This document shows positions 16,101 to 26,557 of a stretch of DNA of 64,000 nucleotides, piece by piece (position 1 is the first letter of the stretch; every line of letters starts with the position of its first letter). The position numbers were made by a program, and so were the translations under genes. Origin of the DNA: Felis catus (Eukaryota); NCBI RefSeq assembly GCF_018350175.1, contig NC_058369.1, positions 17,734,001 to 17,798,000 of the forward strand, in the 5' to 3' direction. Under the pieces are notes generated by a model. The model worked only from the letters and a program-made list of their open reading frames with translations. It was not told the origin of the DNA and did no database searches.

Positions 16101-19100
16101 GCTTCTCTGTGGCTTCACTTAGTGTTCTTCAGCACCTGGTGTGCCACAGCGGAGCGGTCGTCCACCTATTACTATCAGATGCAGGGGTGGATTCTGCCGC
16201 TGGGGAAGGAAACCAGAGTCTGGTTCACAGACAAGATCATGGTGATGTGTCCTCAGTCCCAAGGGGGCTTACTGATGACCAAGGCCAGCATCCACTACTG
16301 AAGATGCTTCTTCACCTGTTGACTTTCTCTTCTGCAGCAACAGGTCACCTTCAAACCAGTGTCCTGAGCCAGTGTCTTAAGATTTTGGTGAAATTAGCTG
16401 AAAATGCTTCCTTTGATTTCCTGCCCAGGTATAACACTGCATGGTAGTCATGATTCTTTGCAGGTCTCACGTGACCTCTTGAGGTCTATCCTGTGGCCCT
16501 TATACTTTGCCCACATCTTAGCTATACTGCTCAGGGCTAAGCCTTGGTTTTGTGTTCTGAGGCTTTGTTCAGGGTGTTCTGAAGTGATGGAAAGTGGGGC
16601 CAGGTGTTAGGAGAACCAAGGAAGTGGTTTACTTGGCTGAATTCTGCCTCTGTACAGCAGGTAAGCAAAAGACACATGTAATGAAAGGCTTTTAAGACAT
16701 TATGGAAAAGTGTCCTGCCCCCAGGACAAAGACTGAACCCAGAGCCTTGAACCTAGGCCGTGGATCAGGCAGGTGAAGACCATGTATCACACCACATTTA
16801 AGTTTGGTGGGGTTCCCTAAGGAAGCAGAGGGTGTGGACAGCCCATAAGCTGACCTTACTGGGAATCTGCTCATCCTCGTTGTGCCCGACTCTGGCACAA
16901 GCCATAAGTTACCTGTTCCTTCTAAGGTTTGTTGGAAGTGGTTGTATAGTGAACCTAGCTCATGAACACTATTGTCATAAATTCTTGGGATTCCAGAGCC
17001 TCAAGACTGGGAGGAACTGTAAACACCATCCAGCCCATCTCCTCATCCAAAAATCCTGTCTCCCCCCTCAGCATGCCACCAAGAGGCCAGTTCTATTTGG
17101 ATCAACTTTGCTGGCTGCACTTACCTTAAGCTTTTGTCTCTGAGCTTAGCATACTTGTTTCCCTAAAACACTTCTGGATCCTGGTTTCCTTCTGAAGATA
17201 TTCCAGCTGGTATGGTCCATCCTAGGGGTGGTCCTCAGAGCCGGGCACAGTACTGCAGTGTACTGTGGGCGACACAATAGGTACAGAACTGTCACGTGTC
17301 TGGCATGGACCTACCTCATGGTGGCTAGTTGCTTGTTTCATATTTGTTGAATGAATTCCAGGAAGCACTTTATTACCAGTTCTCTTGGTAGATACACCAT
17401 CATTCCCTTTCTGTTGGGCTTGTCCACAAGGACATGAAAAAACAGCTATTTGATGGATGCTTTCCATAGGCCAGATGCCTCTGTTCACCAGCTCATGTGA
17501 CACCCTCAGAGCCCTGCATCCTCACACCTAGCATGGAGCCTGGCTCACTGTAAGCACTCAGTATTTGCTGTACGAATAGAGAGAACATACAGGGCGAGTT
17601 TCCAGCTGGTCTCCTTGACTTGCCCTTGATCACGGTCTGGCACCACCTCCCACTCAGTGCTTCAGAATTCCTACATCTTGCAGGAGGATCCCCACTACCA
17701 CACAGCTTCCTGCTCACCTTGGAGTGAAAGCTAAGGACACATGCCACCAAAGCTCTAAAGCAGTATGTGATGCAGCACAAGCAGCCAGGCAGGCAGCAGT
17801 CTCGGAAAGGGCACCTTTGCCTACCCGGGCTTGAGGACAAATCATCCCCTCAGGCCCATGTCTTCCTACCGTATCTGGTGTGGCCATGGTCCTGGGTCAT
17901 TTCCAGGGTACAGGGATGGCAGGGGCTTTTGAGCAGAGGTCTCATCCCCAGCTTCAAACAGAACAGTAGGACTATTCTCTATTGTGTGTTTGGGGGTTCT
18001 GGAAAAAAAATTTTTTTCTGCTATCCAAAAATAATTTAGAAACCACTGCGTCATATATAAAGATGGATTTTTCTTGCAGATAGTTTCAGGGACTTTAGTG
18101 GATTACAGACCATTCTAATGACGAAATTGAGTAACCACCAGGTTAAATCCCAGTTTCCCGCAAATTTCCACACTCTGGTGGCTGAAAACATTCAGCTTAC
18201 CCACTGTACAGGATTTGCTCTAAAATGATTTCACCCCAAATAACGAGGCCTTGCTTCCTAATGGCATACTGAGAAATACTCTTAACCCTTGACGGCATGT
18301 GCTAAGACACTGCAGATGCATGAAGGGGAACACATGTAGAATTGCCCTCTCCCCATCCACAAGGCTATGTGGGTTGAGCAAATAGCAGTGGTTGTCTTGG
18401 GACTTGGTTCCTTAGTTCTCTTTGCCCGTGAGACCTTGGAGAGAGTGTGCCCAGAGCCCAACACCCGTGCACACCCCAAGTGAGCACCTTCTCATAATTG
18501 GTAACAGGGGAGCTGGTATTTGCAAAAATAGTCTGCCAGCAAGCAAGGGGTCTCATAAGATCCAACCATAGCCAAGTACACATTTGTCACTTCTGGAACC
18601 TGGCCAGCCCTCTGGTAGTAGGCTTATAACATTCACACTCGTTAAGACCTCCCTCCCTATTTGGGAACAGAGGCAAGAAAGAGCCCAGGAGAGTGTGGAA
18701 GCCAGGCACCCCGGGTCCAGGGAAGCATCCCCCATTTACAGGTGGCACTGGGCCTGGCAAGGGCCTGTCCTCTCTAAGCCACGGCAATATCATGGTGAAG
18801 GCTAGTACCCACTGGCTCGCAGGAAACAGATATCCCAGCAAGTGTGTGGTGGTTGGCCAGCATTTGAAGCCGGGTCCGAACCACAGCTCCTCCTTGTACC
18901 TGCCTGCTCAAAATTTCCCGTTGCCTCTGGTGAAAAGTGAGGATGGTTGTGGGATTGGGGTGCCAGTGTCCCGTTTCTCTGGGCCCCTGTGCTTTAGGTT
19001 CCAGTGTGTGTTCCGGGTACTGCCGCAGTGCCTCAGCCCCGAGAGCCCCCTGCCCAGCGTGCTACTGACTGTTGAGCTCCTTTCCCTCCTGGTGGACCAC

Positions 19101-20834
19101 GAGAAGCTCGCGCCTCAGCTCTGCTCCCCCTCAGGTAAAGCAGGGCAGGGGGGATGGGTGGTTGGGCGGCTCCTGCAGGTTGGAGGGAAGGGTGGTGGCA
19201 GGGACAGTTCAGAGGCCTCCTGAGGGCTTCTGCAGCTTGTGCCCTGGGCTCTGGGTAAGAAGGGGACCCTGAATGAGAGGTGGGGCGTCCTTTTCAGAAG
19301 GCTGCCTCCTCCTGCTGCTGTACATGTACATCACGTCAAGGCCTGATAAAGTGGCCTCGGAGACACAGTGGCTTCAACTAGAGCAAGAGGTAAAAACTCC
19401 AGAGCCTCACCACCCCACCCCACCCAAGGGCCACTGTTCCTCCTTCTTCTGGGGAGAATGGAGTCTTAATGCGTTTTGGTAGCAAGAGTTTACCTAGCTG
19501 CTAAGAAGGTGAACTCAGTTTGGGGGCTCCATACTACACAGGTACAATACAGGTGGACCCCAGGGTGTCCCAGCACTTGGCAGGGCTGCCTAATAACTGG
19601 CCCTACCCTGGCTTGGGGCCTGGAGGCAGGTGGGTTGCTGGTGAGACAGGTATTGATCCTGAGTCTAGCCTGAGAAGGCCCCACACCGTTCCTTGGATGT
19701 CACTGTGTGGACAGGCGGCTGCTAAGGGAACCTGGAGCACTTGTAGGAGAAGCCTGAGAGAGCCCTCACTGTGATCAGGCTCTCGTTCTGCCACGGATGG
19801 AACAGTCTGCTCTTGTTCTAGGCCGTGTGGCTCCTGGCTAAGCTTGGTGTGCAGAGCCCTGCCTCCCCAGTCACTGGCTCTGTCTGCCAGTGCAACGTGG
19901 AGGTGAGTGCACGGGCCAACGGCGTGGCAGCTCCGTCAGGGCGGGGGAAGGTGACCCTATGCAAGCACGCCCCTGCTCCTTGTAACCCTGGTGCCACCGC
20001 TGGGAGCCCTCCTTACCTGGGGTGGTTAGGAAAGGTGCTGTCCAGCTGAGCAAGCTGTTAGGATGCAGGAACCCTGAGACCTGGCCTCAGTCTTTGCCCT
20101 CTCCCTAGGTGGTCAGAGCACTCACAGTGATGCTGCACAGACAGTGGCTGACAGTGCGGAGGGCGGGGGAGCCCCCGAGGACTGAGCAGCAGAAGCGGAC
20201 TGTGCGGTGTCTGCGGGACACGGTGTTGCTGCTGCACAGCCTCTCCCAGAAGGACAAGCTCTTCACTGTGCACTGTGTGGAGGTCCTACATCAGTATGAC
20301 CAGGTGATGCCAGGGGTCAGCATGCTGATTCGAGGGCTTCCTGATGTGACAGACTGTGAAGGTAAGCCGGCAGGAGGACCCCTGCCTGCCCCAGCCCACA
20401 TGCGGGGGTTTCCCTGAAGTTCACGGACAAGTCAGACTTCCTGGCCTTAAGTCAGCAGTCCTCTCTCCACGCAGCCTTTGCTGGCACTGGGGTCGCACTT
20501 GTCTTACTGCTCTGGGTCTTCTCTGAGCTTATCAGGCTGCCTTTTGCTTGTATCTGTTGAGTTGGCCTAGCAGAGCCACAGTTTTTCCAGAAACATCGCT
20601 GTCTGAATTGCCTTTGTATCACTTTGCTTGCAGTAGCTGAGGGAGCAAGGCCTGGGCGTGGAAGGGACTGGTTAGTTCCTGCGGGCGTGGGGGAGGAGCG
20701 GTGGGTCTCCCCCCAGTGCCCGGCACCTCCAGGCCTTCACCACACACCCCTCTTCTCTTGGCTCAGAGGCAGCCCTGGATGACCTGTGTGCCACTGAAAC
20801 GGATGCGGACGACCCTGAGATGGACTGTAGCTGA
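6783..20834 (+). CDS. ATRIP: ATR-interacting protein (790 aa, 13 coding exons)
   Basis: join(6783-7029,8921-9051,10173-10343,12169-12287,13481-13638,15016-15111,15426-15555,15739-16428,18998-19134,19298-19389,19822-19902,20109-20361,20767-20834) = 2373 nt, GT-AG throughout, phases consistent. Contains the acidic RPA-binding motif DFTADDLEELDTLASQALSQ, a coiled coil (exons 2-4), the SPRK CDK site and C-terminus ...DDPEMDCS*. Confidence 0.96.
7790..8640. mobile_element. L2 relic in ATRIP intron 1
   Basis: Pyrimidine-rich L2-like body ending GTAGGT...GCTCAGTAAATATTGTCGAAT. Confidence 0.55.
9133..9340 (-). mobile_element. Can-SINE
   Basis: Antisense SINEC body; TATATAAAAG duplicated on both flanks. 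Confidence 0.9.
9373..9575 (+). mobile_element. Can-SINE
   Basis: GGGGCACCTGGGTGGCTC head; TSD AAAACA(A/G)GAGTC. Confidence 0.9.
11008..11225 (+). mobile_element. Can-SINE with perfect long TSD, nested in a probable MaLR (MLT1-like) relic
   Basis: AAATCACATAGAGGTAGGGA at 10988-11007 and 11226-11245. Confidence 0.92.
13650..14105. mobile_element. MaLR LTR (MLT1-family) relic in ATRIP intron 5
   Basis: GTGGCTTAAAACAACAA...GGCTCACTCACATGACTGGC...CATCACTTTTGCCACATTCT motifs typical of MLT1 LTRs. Confidence 0.6.
14400..14640. mobile_element. MIR
   Basis: MIR core: GCAAGTCCCTTAACCCGTGCCTCAGTTTCTCTATATGTAAAATAG. Confidence 0.75.
14819..14920 (+). mobile_element. Short tRNA-head SINE
   Basis: GGGGTGCCTGGCTGGCCCAGTCCATAGAGCACGTGACTCTCGATCTC...GTTCGAGCCCC followed by an A-tail. 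Confidence 0.8.
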
Positions 20835-20897
20835 GGCCAGTGAGCATGGAGCCACATAGTGGCACCAGAACCACTACTTTCCTCACCGCAGCAACTG

Positions 20898-20903
20898 ATT
20901 AAA
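20898..20903 (+). terminator. ATRIP: Likely ATRIP polyadenylation signal (variant ATTAAA)
   Basis: ATTAAA ~64 nt after the stop, followed by U/GU-rich sequence. No AATAAA seen before the TREX1 start. Confidence 0.55.
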
Positions 20904-21099
20904 AGCAGTGACAGGCTGTTTGAGAACACGCCAGCCTTTTGATGTTTCCTGAGTCTGATCTGTGTCGGCTGAGTGGGAGGGATGGTGCAGGAGCCAGACC
21001 CAGGGAAGGCTAGGATCCTTCTTCCCGTCCCTGGCTAGAGCTGAGAGCCTGTCCCCATAGTAACAAATCTGCCCTGAGGAAGGAGCCCTGCCCTGCCTG

Positions 21100-21572
21100 T
21101 GGAATTGTCCTGAGTCATCGCTTTGGGCTGAGGCCATGGGAAGAAACCATCCTGTGGCAGGGGAGGAGAGAGCCGTCAGCCCTGGCCTGTACCAGGGAGA
21201 CCTGAGAAAGTGGGGCCAAGGAGTGGGTGCAAGGTGACCACAGCAGGGGTTCCCGGCAGGCGTGAGTCCCGGAGCTAGCCTTCCCTGATGGCCTGGGCAC
21301 ACTGCCCTCATCCTCTGGGCTGGTTCTCATAGTATGAGGGCTCTGGCACATTGTGCCAGCCAGCAGGCCCACAGCTGTAGGTCTGAGGCCTTCAGGGAGT
21401 CACGAGGGGGAAGGCTGGGGAGGGGCAGACCTGGCAGGCTGACAAGCAGGGCGGGCCTCGATCAGGACAGCCCATAGGCGGGCTCACGCTAAGTTTCGCT
21501 TCCCGCCACTGCTGCCAGCAGCAAGAACCAGCCAGACTGCACCCCGAGTCATTGCTGCCTGCCTGCTACTCG
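21100..21572 (+). promoter_or_regulatory. TREX1: TREX1 promoter and non-coding exon 1
   Basis: AP-1 site TGAGTCA at 21111-21117; GC box ~21449; AGTTTCGCTTCC at 21492-21503 (ISRE-like/ETS-IRF); donor CG|GTAAGT at 21572/21573; matching acceptor CCCCAG ending at 21888. Confidence 0.65.
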
Positions 21573-21909
21573 GTAAGTGAGGACCCCTACGGGGATGGGG
21601 CAGTGTGGGAAGGCCCCACCCCCCCCCACCCCACCCAGGCCCAGACTAGGTGGGCGCTAGGGGAGGAGCCAAGCCTTCCCCCAGACAGTTGAATGTGCTG
21701 GTCCCCCTTAGGAAGCCACCCCACCTTCTCTGGCTTCCTGCTCTGGAAACGGGTCTTAGAGCTCACCGACAGTGCCTGCCTGAGCAGAGAAGGCCAAAGA
21801 TGTGTTCCTGCCCGCCCCACCCCCACCCGCCTCAGCTCTTTCCACTGGGCACTCATATAGCCCCTCCCCACCCCATGCTCCTCCCCAGGCTCGGCAGCAG
21901 GTACCCACC

Positions 21910-22854
21910 ATGGGCTCGCAGGCCCCACCGCCGGGTCCCGTGCAGACCCTTATCTTCTTGGACCTGGAGGCCACTGGCCTGCCTTCCTCCCGGCCCAAGG
22001 TCACGGAGCTGTGCCTGCTAGCCGTCCACAGATGTGCCCTGGAGAGCCCACCCACCCCTCAGGGGCAGCCTCCCACAGTGCCCTCGCCGCCCCGGGTGGT
22101 GGACAAGCTCTCTCTGTGCGTGGCTCCAGGGAAGGCCTGCAGCCCAGAAGCCAGTAAGATCACGGGCCTCAGCACAGCTGTGCTGGCAGCACACGGGCGT
22201 CAACGCTTCGATGCCGACCTGGCCAACCTGATCCAAGCCTTCCTGCAGCGCCAGCCACAGCCCTGGTGCCTCGTGGCGCACAACGGCGACCGCTATGACT
22301 TCCCCTTGCTCCAAGCAGAGCTGGCTTTACTAGGTCTTGCCAGTGTTCTGGACGGTGCCTTCTGCGTGGATAGCATTGCTGCCTTGAAGGCCCTGGAGCA
22401 GGCTGGCAGCCACTCGGAGCACGGCCCAAGGAAGAGCTACAGCCTGACCAGCATCTACACACGCCTGTATGGGCAGGCCCCGCCGGACTCCCACATGGCT
22501 GAGGGGGACGTCCTAGCCCTGCTCAGCATCTGTCAGTGGAGGCCACAGGCCCTGCTGCGCTGGGTGGATGCTCACGCCAGACCCTTCAGCACTGTCAAGC
22601 CCATGTATGGGGTCGTAGCCTCTGCTGGAACCAAACCAGGACCATCTGCCACCGCAGCCACTGTATCCCTGACTAGAGCCAGGGACACTAGTCCTAAGCT
22701 TGGCAGGGGCAGGAAGCCCAAAGCCCTTCTTCCAATGGAGGGCCCTGGAGCCTCACCCAGGGAGGGCTTGCTGGCCCCACTGGGCATGCTGGCCTTCCTG
22801 ACCTTGGCAATAGCCACACTGTATGGGCTGTCCCTGGCCACACCTGGGCAGTAG
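21910..22854 (+). CDS. TREX1: Three-prime repair exonuclease 1 (DEDDh 3'-5' DNase, 314 aa)
   Basis: Strong-Kozak ATG (CCACCATGG) and 945-nt single-exon ORF. ExoI D18/E20, ExoII HNGDRYD (D130), ExoIII H195/D200, Pro-rich segment ~47-61, R114, and hydrophobic C-terminal ER anchor. Confidence 0.97.
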   Translation: MGSQAPPPGPVQTLIFLDLEATGLPSSRPKVTELCLLAVHRCALESPPTPQGQPPTVPSPPRVVDKLSLCVAPGKACSPEASKITGLSTAVLAAHGRQRFDADLANLIQAFLQRQPQPWCLVAHNGDRYDFPLLQAELALLGLASVLDGAFCVDSIAALKALEQAGSHSEHGPRKSYSLTSIYTRLYGQAPPDSHMAEGDVLALLSICQWRPQALLRWVDAHARPFSTVKPMYGVVASAGTKPGPSATAATVSLTRARDTSPKLGRGRKPKALLPMEGPGASPREGLLAPLGMLAFLTLAIATLYGLSLATPGQ

Positions 22855-22875
22855 GCCAAGAAGGAAAGTCTGACT

Positions 22876-22881
22876 AATAAA
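22876..22881 (+). terminator. TREX1: TREX1 polyadenylation signal AATAAA
   Basis: Canonical hexamer 21 nt after the TAG. Confidence 0.75.
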
Positions 22882-23164
22882 GACACCCCCGCAGCACTGA
22901 GTGGCCACTCACCTCTACCCTCCTTGGCAGCCTTAGAGCCTCCTGCACCTCTGCCCACACACTCAGGCACCTGGGGAGGGGGACACGGAGGGTGCCACAG
23001 TCTTTGCCTTCACCCTCTCTAGCAGGATGGCCAGACATCTGAGCCCAGGGAAGGCAGAGAAAGCATGGAAATCCAAGAGGTGGATGAAAATGGTACATGG
23101 CCTAATGCCCTGTCCCAGTAGCCAAGGCTCTGAAGAAAGTAGGCAGCAGCCCCAAATGTTTGCA

Positions 23165-23170
23165 TTTATT
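23165..23170 (-). terminator. SHISA5: SHISA5 polyadenylation signal (AATAAA on minus strand)
   Basis: TTTATT on + strand; first canonical hexamer I see after the SHISA5 stop, ~1.1 kb downstream. Confidence 0.7.
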
Positions 23171-24290
23171 ATAAACAAAGGTGCAGACCCTAAGCTCTCA
23201 AACACATCAACAGGCACAAAGCTAAGACAGATCTGGTGAGATATTAACAGAGGAACGGGGAACACCGAGGTATTCGTGTCTGGGCCAGAGCAGCCACCGA
23301 GGCCCCCCGCACCTTTGGTCCAGACAGCCCCTTGGCCCAGGTGTCCCAGGTGCCAAGACACACTGTGGACTCGGGTTTGGGAGCTGGATGTTCTGTTGAA
23401 GCTGGTGACGGGAGAAGCAGGGACTATCAGAGGTCAGACTGTGGGCCAGTTTTCCTCCAGGACTCAGGGGTCTCAGCCTCACAACAACTATCATACACAC
23501 TTTGAAACAGAAAACAGGCAAAATGTTTGGCTAAAAAGGAAATAACACTGCAGGGAGGACACCTGAGTGTGCCGGTGGACAGAGGCTACCCTGCCTACCT
23601 GTGATGGGGGTCATGGCCAGCCAGGGCAGCCAGAACTGTGGGTGGATGTAGCCCTCTGGGCGCTGCCAGGAAGAATGCAGGGACCATCCAGTCAGACAGT
23701 GGTCGGGGACGGGTGGGGCTCTGCCTGAAGTGTTTTGATCTCAGGAGGCTGCCCACCCTCCACTGGGCACAGCACAGGATCTGGGGACTATGGGACATCT
23801 GCTGAAAGGATTAAAACCCAACTTAGCCAGGTCCCAAACCTCACCCACAGGCCTGCATCATAGCTCTGGTTCTCTGAAGAGTCCCCCACGCCCTGGGGAA
23901 CAGGCCATGGCCTCAAGCAGTGGCTAGCCGCTCCACCGAAACTGGAACATATATGCACGCTGCCCACGGAAAGCTGTACTATCCTAGCATGACACAAGCC
24001 CCACCTGGTCTCCCTGGGATGGTATGGAAAAGAACTCACCCCAGTCTTTGAATTTTGTTTGAGATTTCAAAAGAGCACGATTTCAAGTGAGGAAGAGAAC
24101 AAAGTAGGGTCCCAGCAACTCTGGCAAGGACTGCTTCGCACCACGTCAGCATCACAAGAAGTCTCGTGTACAAACAGGACTCACGCACCACGCACGGGGA
24201 GAAAAGGACCATGCCTGCGTACCCTGTCTCACACGCGCGCGCACACACACGTACACACACATGGTGGCAGCCCCAGATGCAGGGACATGC

Positions 24291-26508
24291 TCAGGGGGCT
24301 GCCTTCGGGGGGTCCATGTAGGCTGGATTGTAAGGAGGCTGGGTGGCAGGGTAGGGCATGGCCGCACCTCCTGAAAATAGAGAGGACACTGGTTGGTTAT
24401 GAGCACGGGGGCTGCAGTGTGAGGGGGCAGAGGCAGGAGATTTAGGGGGTTCAGGAAGGGTCAGAGCTGGCAGAGCTGGTACTCACCGGCCAATGTCTCA
24501 TGGTAAGCCGGGGGGCCCAACGGCTGGGCGGGGTAAGGTGGTGGGTACTGTGTCGGGTAGGGTGCCGCTGGCATCCCTGGCTGCGGGGGCATGGGGTGAT
24601 AGCCCTGGTACGTCGGTCCGGGGTAGCTGGGCGGCACACTTGGAGGCTGAGGGTAAGGGGTGTGTACCACGGTGGTGGCCGTGGTGGTGGTCACAACCGC
24701 TGCAAAGAGAATCCCAGTCAGGACCACTGCCACCCCGCGCTCGGGCTTAACCAAGCCAGGGCGCCGCTCAGCTCCCCTTGCCGCCTGGGGTCTGCACCCC
24801 ATACACCAAGGGTCACGGCGGGGTGGGGAGGGGGCGGGCGTGCTTACGACGTGGCCGGCGGCACATCTTGTAGAGATAGCAGCAGGAGCAGGTGAAACAG
24901 ATGATGACGGTGACGACAGAGAGCACAAAGATGGTCAGGCCGATGGCTACGGTTGCCCCAAACCTGCCAAAGAGCCGATCGTGACCCAGGGCCTCTCGCC
25001 CCTGCCCAGGACAGCAGTCCACACCCCACCATTCCCAGGGGCACCCCTCTTGCCAGAGGAGACTCTGGGCGACACAGAGCAACATCTAGGTTGTGTAGCT
25101 TGAACCTCTTTCAGAATCCGTTTCCTCACGTGTAAAATGGGGTTTGTCTTAAGAGTCTGTATAAAGCACCCAAGGTCTACCCCTCTTGCCCCGCCCGAGG
25201 AGCACGGCAGGGAGTTCTTCCGGCGCCTCCCCACCATACACCCGTCTTGGCCACCTCCGCCTAGTCAGCAGACGGTTATCGGGCACATGCCACAAACCAG
25301 AAACTCAGCAGTGGGTGAGACAGACCCGCCCTTGGCCTCCGGAAGCCCACAGCCCAGTGCAGGAGGCAGATGTTGAAGGTAAAATGACTGTGGAAGCACA
25401 AGGGACAAAGATGGGGAGAAATTCCAGGAGAGCCGAGGCCAGTGTGGCCAGAAGCGTGAGGAGAGGCACGCAGAGAACACAGACTCAGCACTGGCCCCGG
25501 AGTAGGGCTGCTGGCCTCCCGGAGTGACAGTGAGGCTGCTGGATGCCAAGCACTGTACCAGTGGGTGGGCTCCTGCACTCTGGCCAGTATTGCAGGCCGG
25601 TGAACAATGAAACAGGTAGACGATATGGGCGTGCTGGAGGTAATCTCGCCTTCCGGAAGGGCCTGATGCCGGGCCCTCAGCAAGGACCACAACAGAGTGG
25701 AGGGGCTTTAAGAAAGAAGAGTTTTGGGCAGGAAGGTCACTAAAATTGACTTTCAAGGGCAGACAGAGACCCTTGTTCTCCTCCACAGGTGCCAAGGGAC
25801 CAAGCTCTATTCTAAGAAAATGTACATGCTTGCTGACTGCACCTAAAACATGGAAGGAGCAGGGTGCCTGGGTGGCTCAGTCGGTTGAGCGTCCAACTCC
25901 TGACTTCAGCTCAGGTTACGATCCCAGGGTTGTGAGATCGAGCCTTATGTCAGGCTCCATGCTGAGCATGGATCCTGGTTCAGATTCTCTCTCTCTCTCC
26001 CCCCCACCCCACCCCGTCCCCTCCCCTCTACCCCACTCGCACTCTCTCTCTCTCTAAAATTAAAAATTAAAAAACATGGAAGGAGGGGGCACCTGACTGG
26101 CTCAGTTGGTAGAGCATGAGACTCTTGATCTCAAGCCGCACACTGGGCATGGAGATTACTTCAAAAACAATTTTTTTTAATTAAAAAATAAAACTTGGAA
26201 GAAGCTTGGCGAGCCGTTAGGGCCTCTGCCTCTACTGAAGACCCAGGGGAAGGCTGTGGCTCCACCCCGCCCTGCCCCGACCTGGGGGGAGAAGCTGCCC
26301 CTCACAGTCTGGAGGGGCAGCACCACCTCAGCAGGGCCCCTCACAGCCCAGGGACAGGTGAAGAACAGACCTTTCATGCTCTGGACTCCAAAATACACAA
26401 CCGCATTTGCAAAGCAGGAACCACTGGCCACTGTGCCGGCCCCTCACCTTCCCCTGACTCACAAGCTCCTCCCAGGCCCTCTGCTGCCCCCAAGGAATGG
26501 AGAGAAAG

Positions 26509-26557
<49 letters not shown>

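Noticed and set aside
21802..22854. 350-aa TREX1 ORF from the ORF track
   Set aside because: It starts at a GTG inside the intron; the Kozak ATG at 21910 gives the expected 314 aa.
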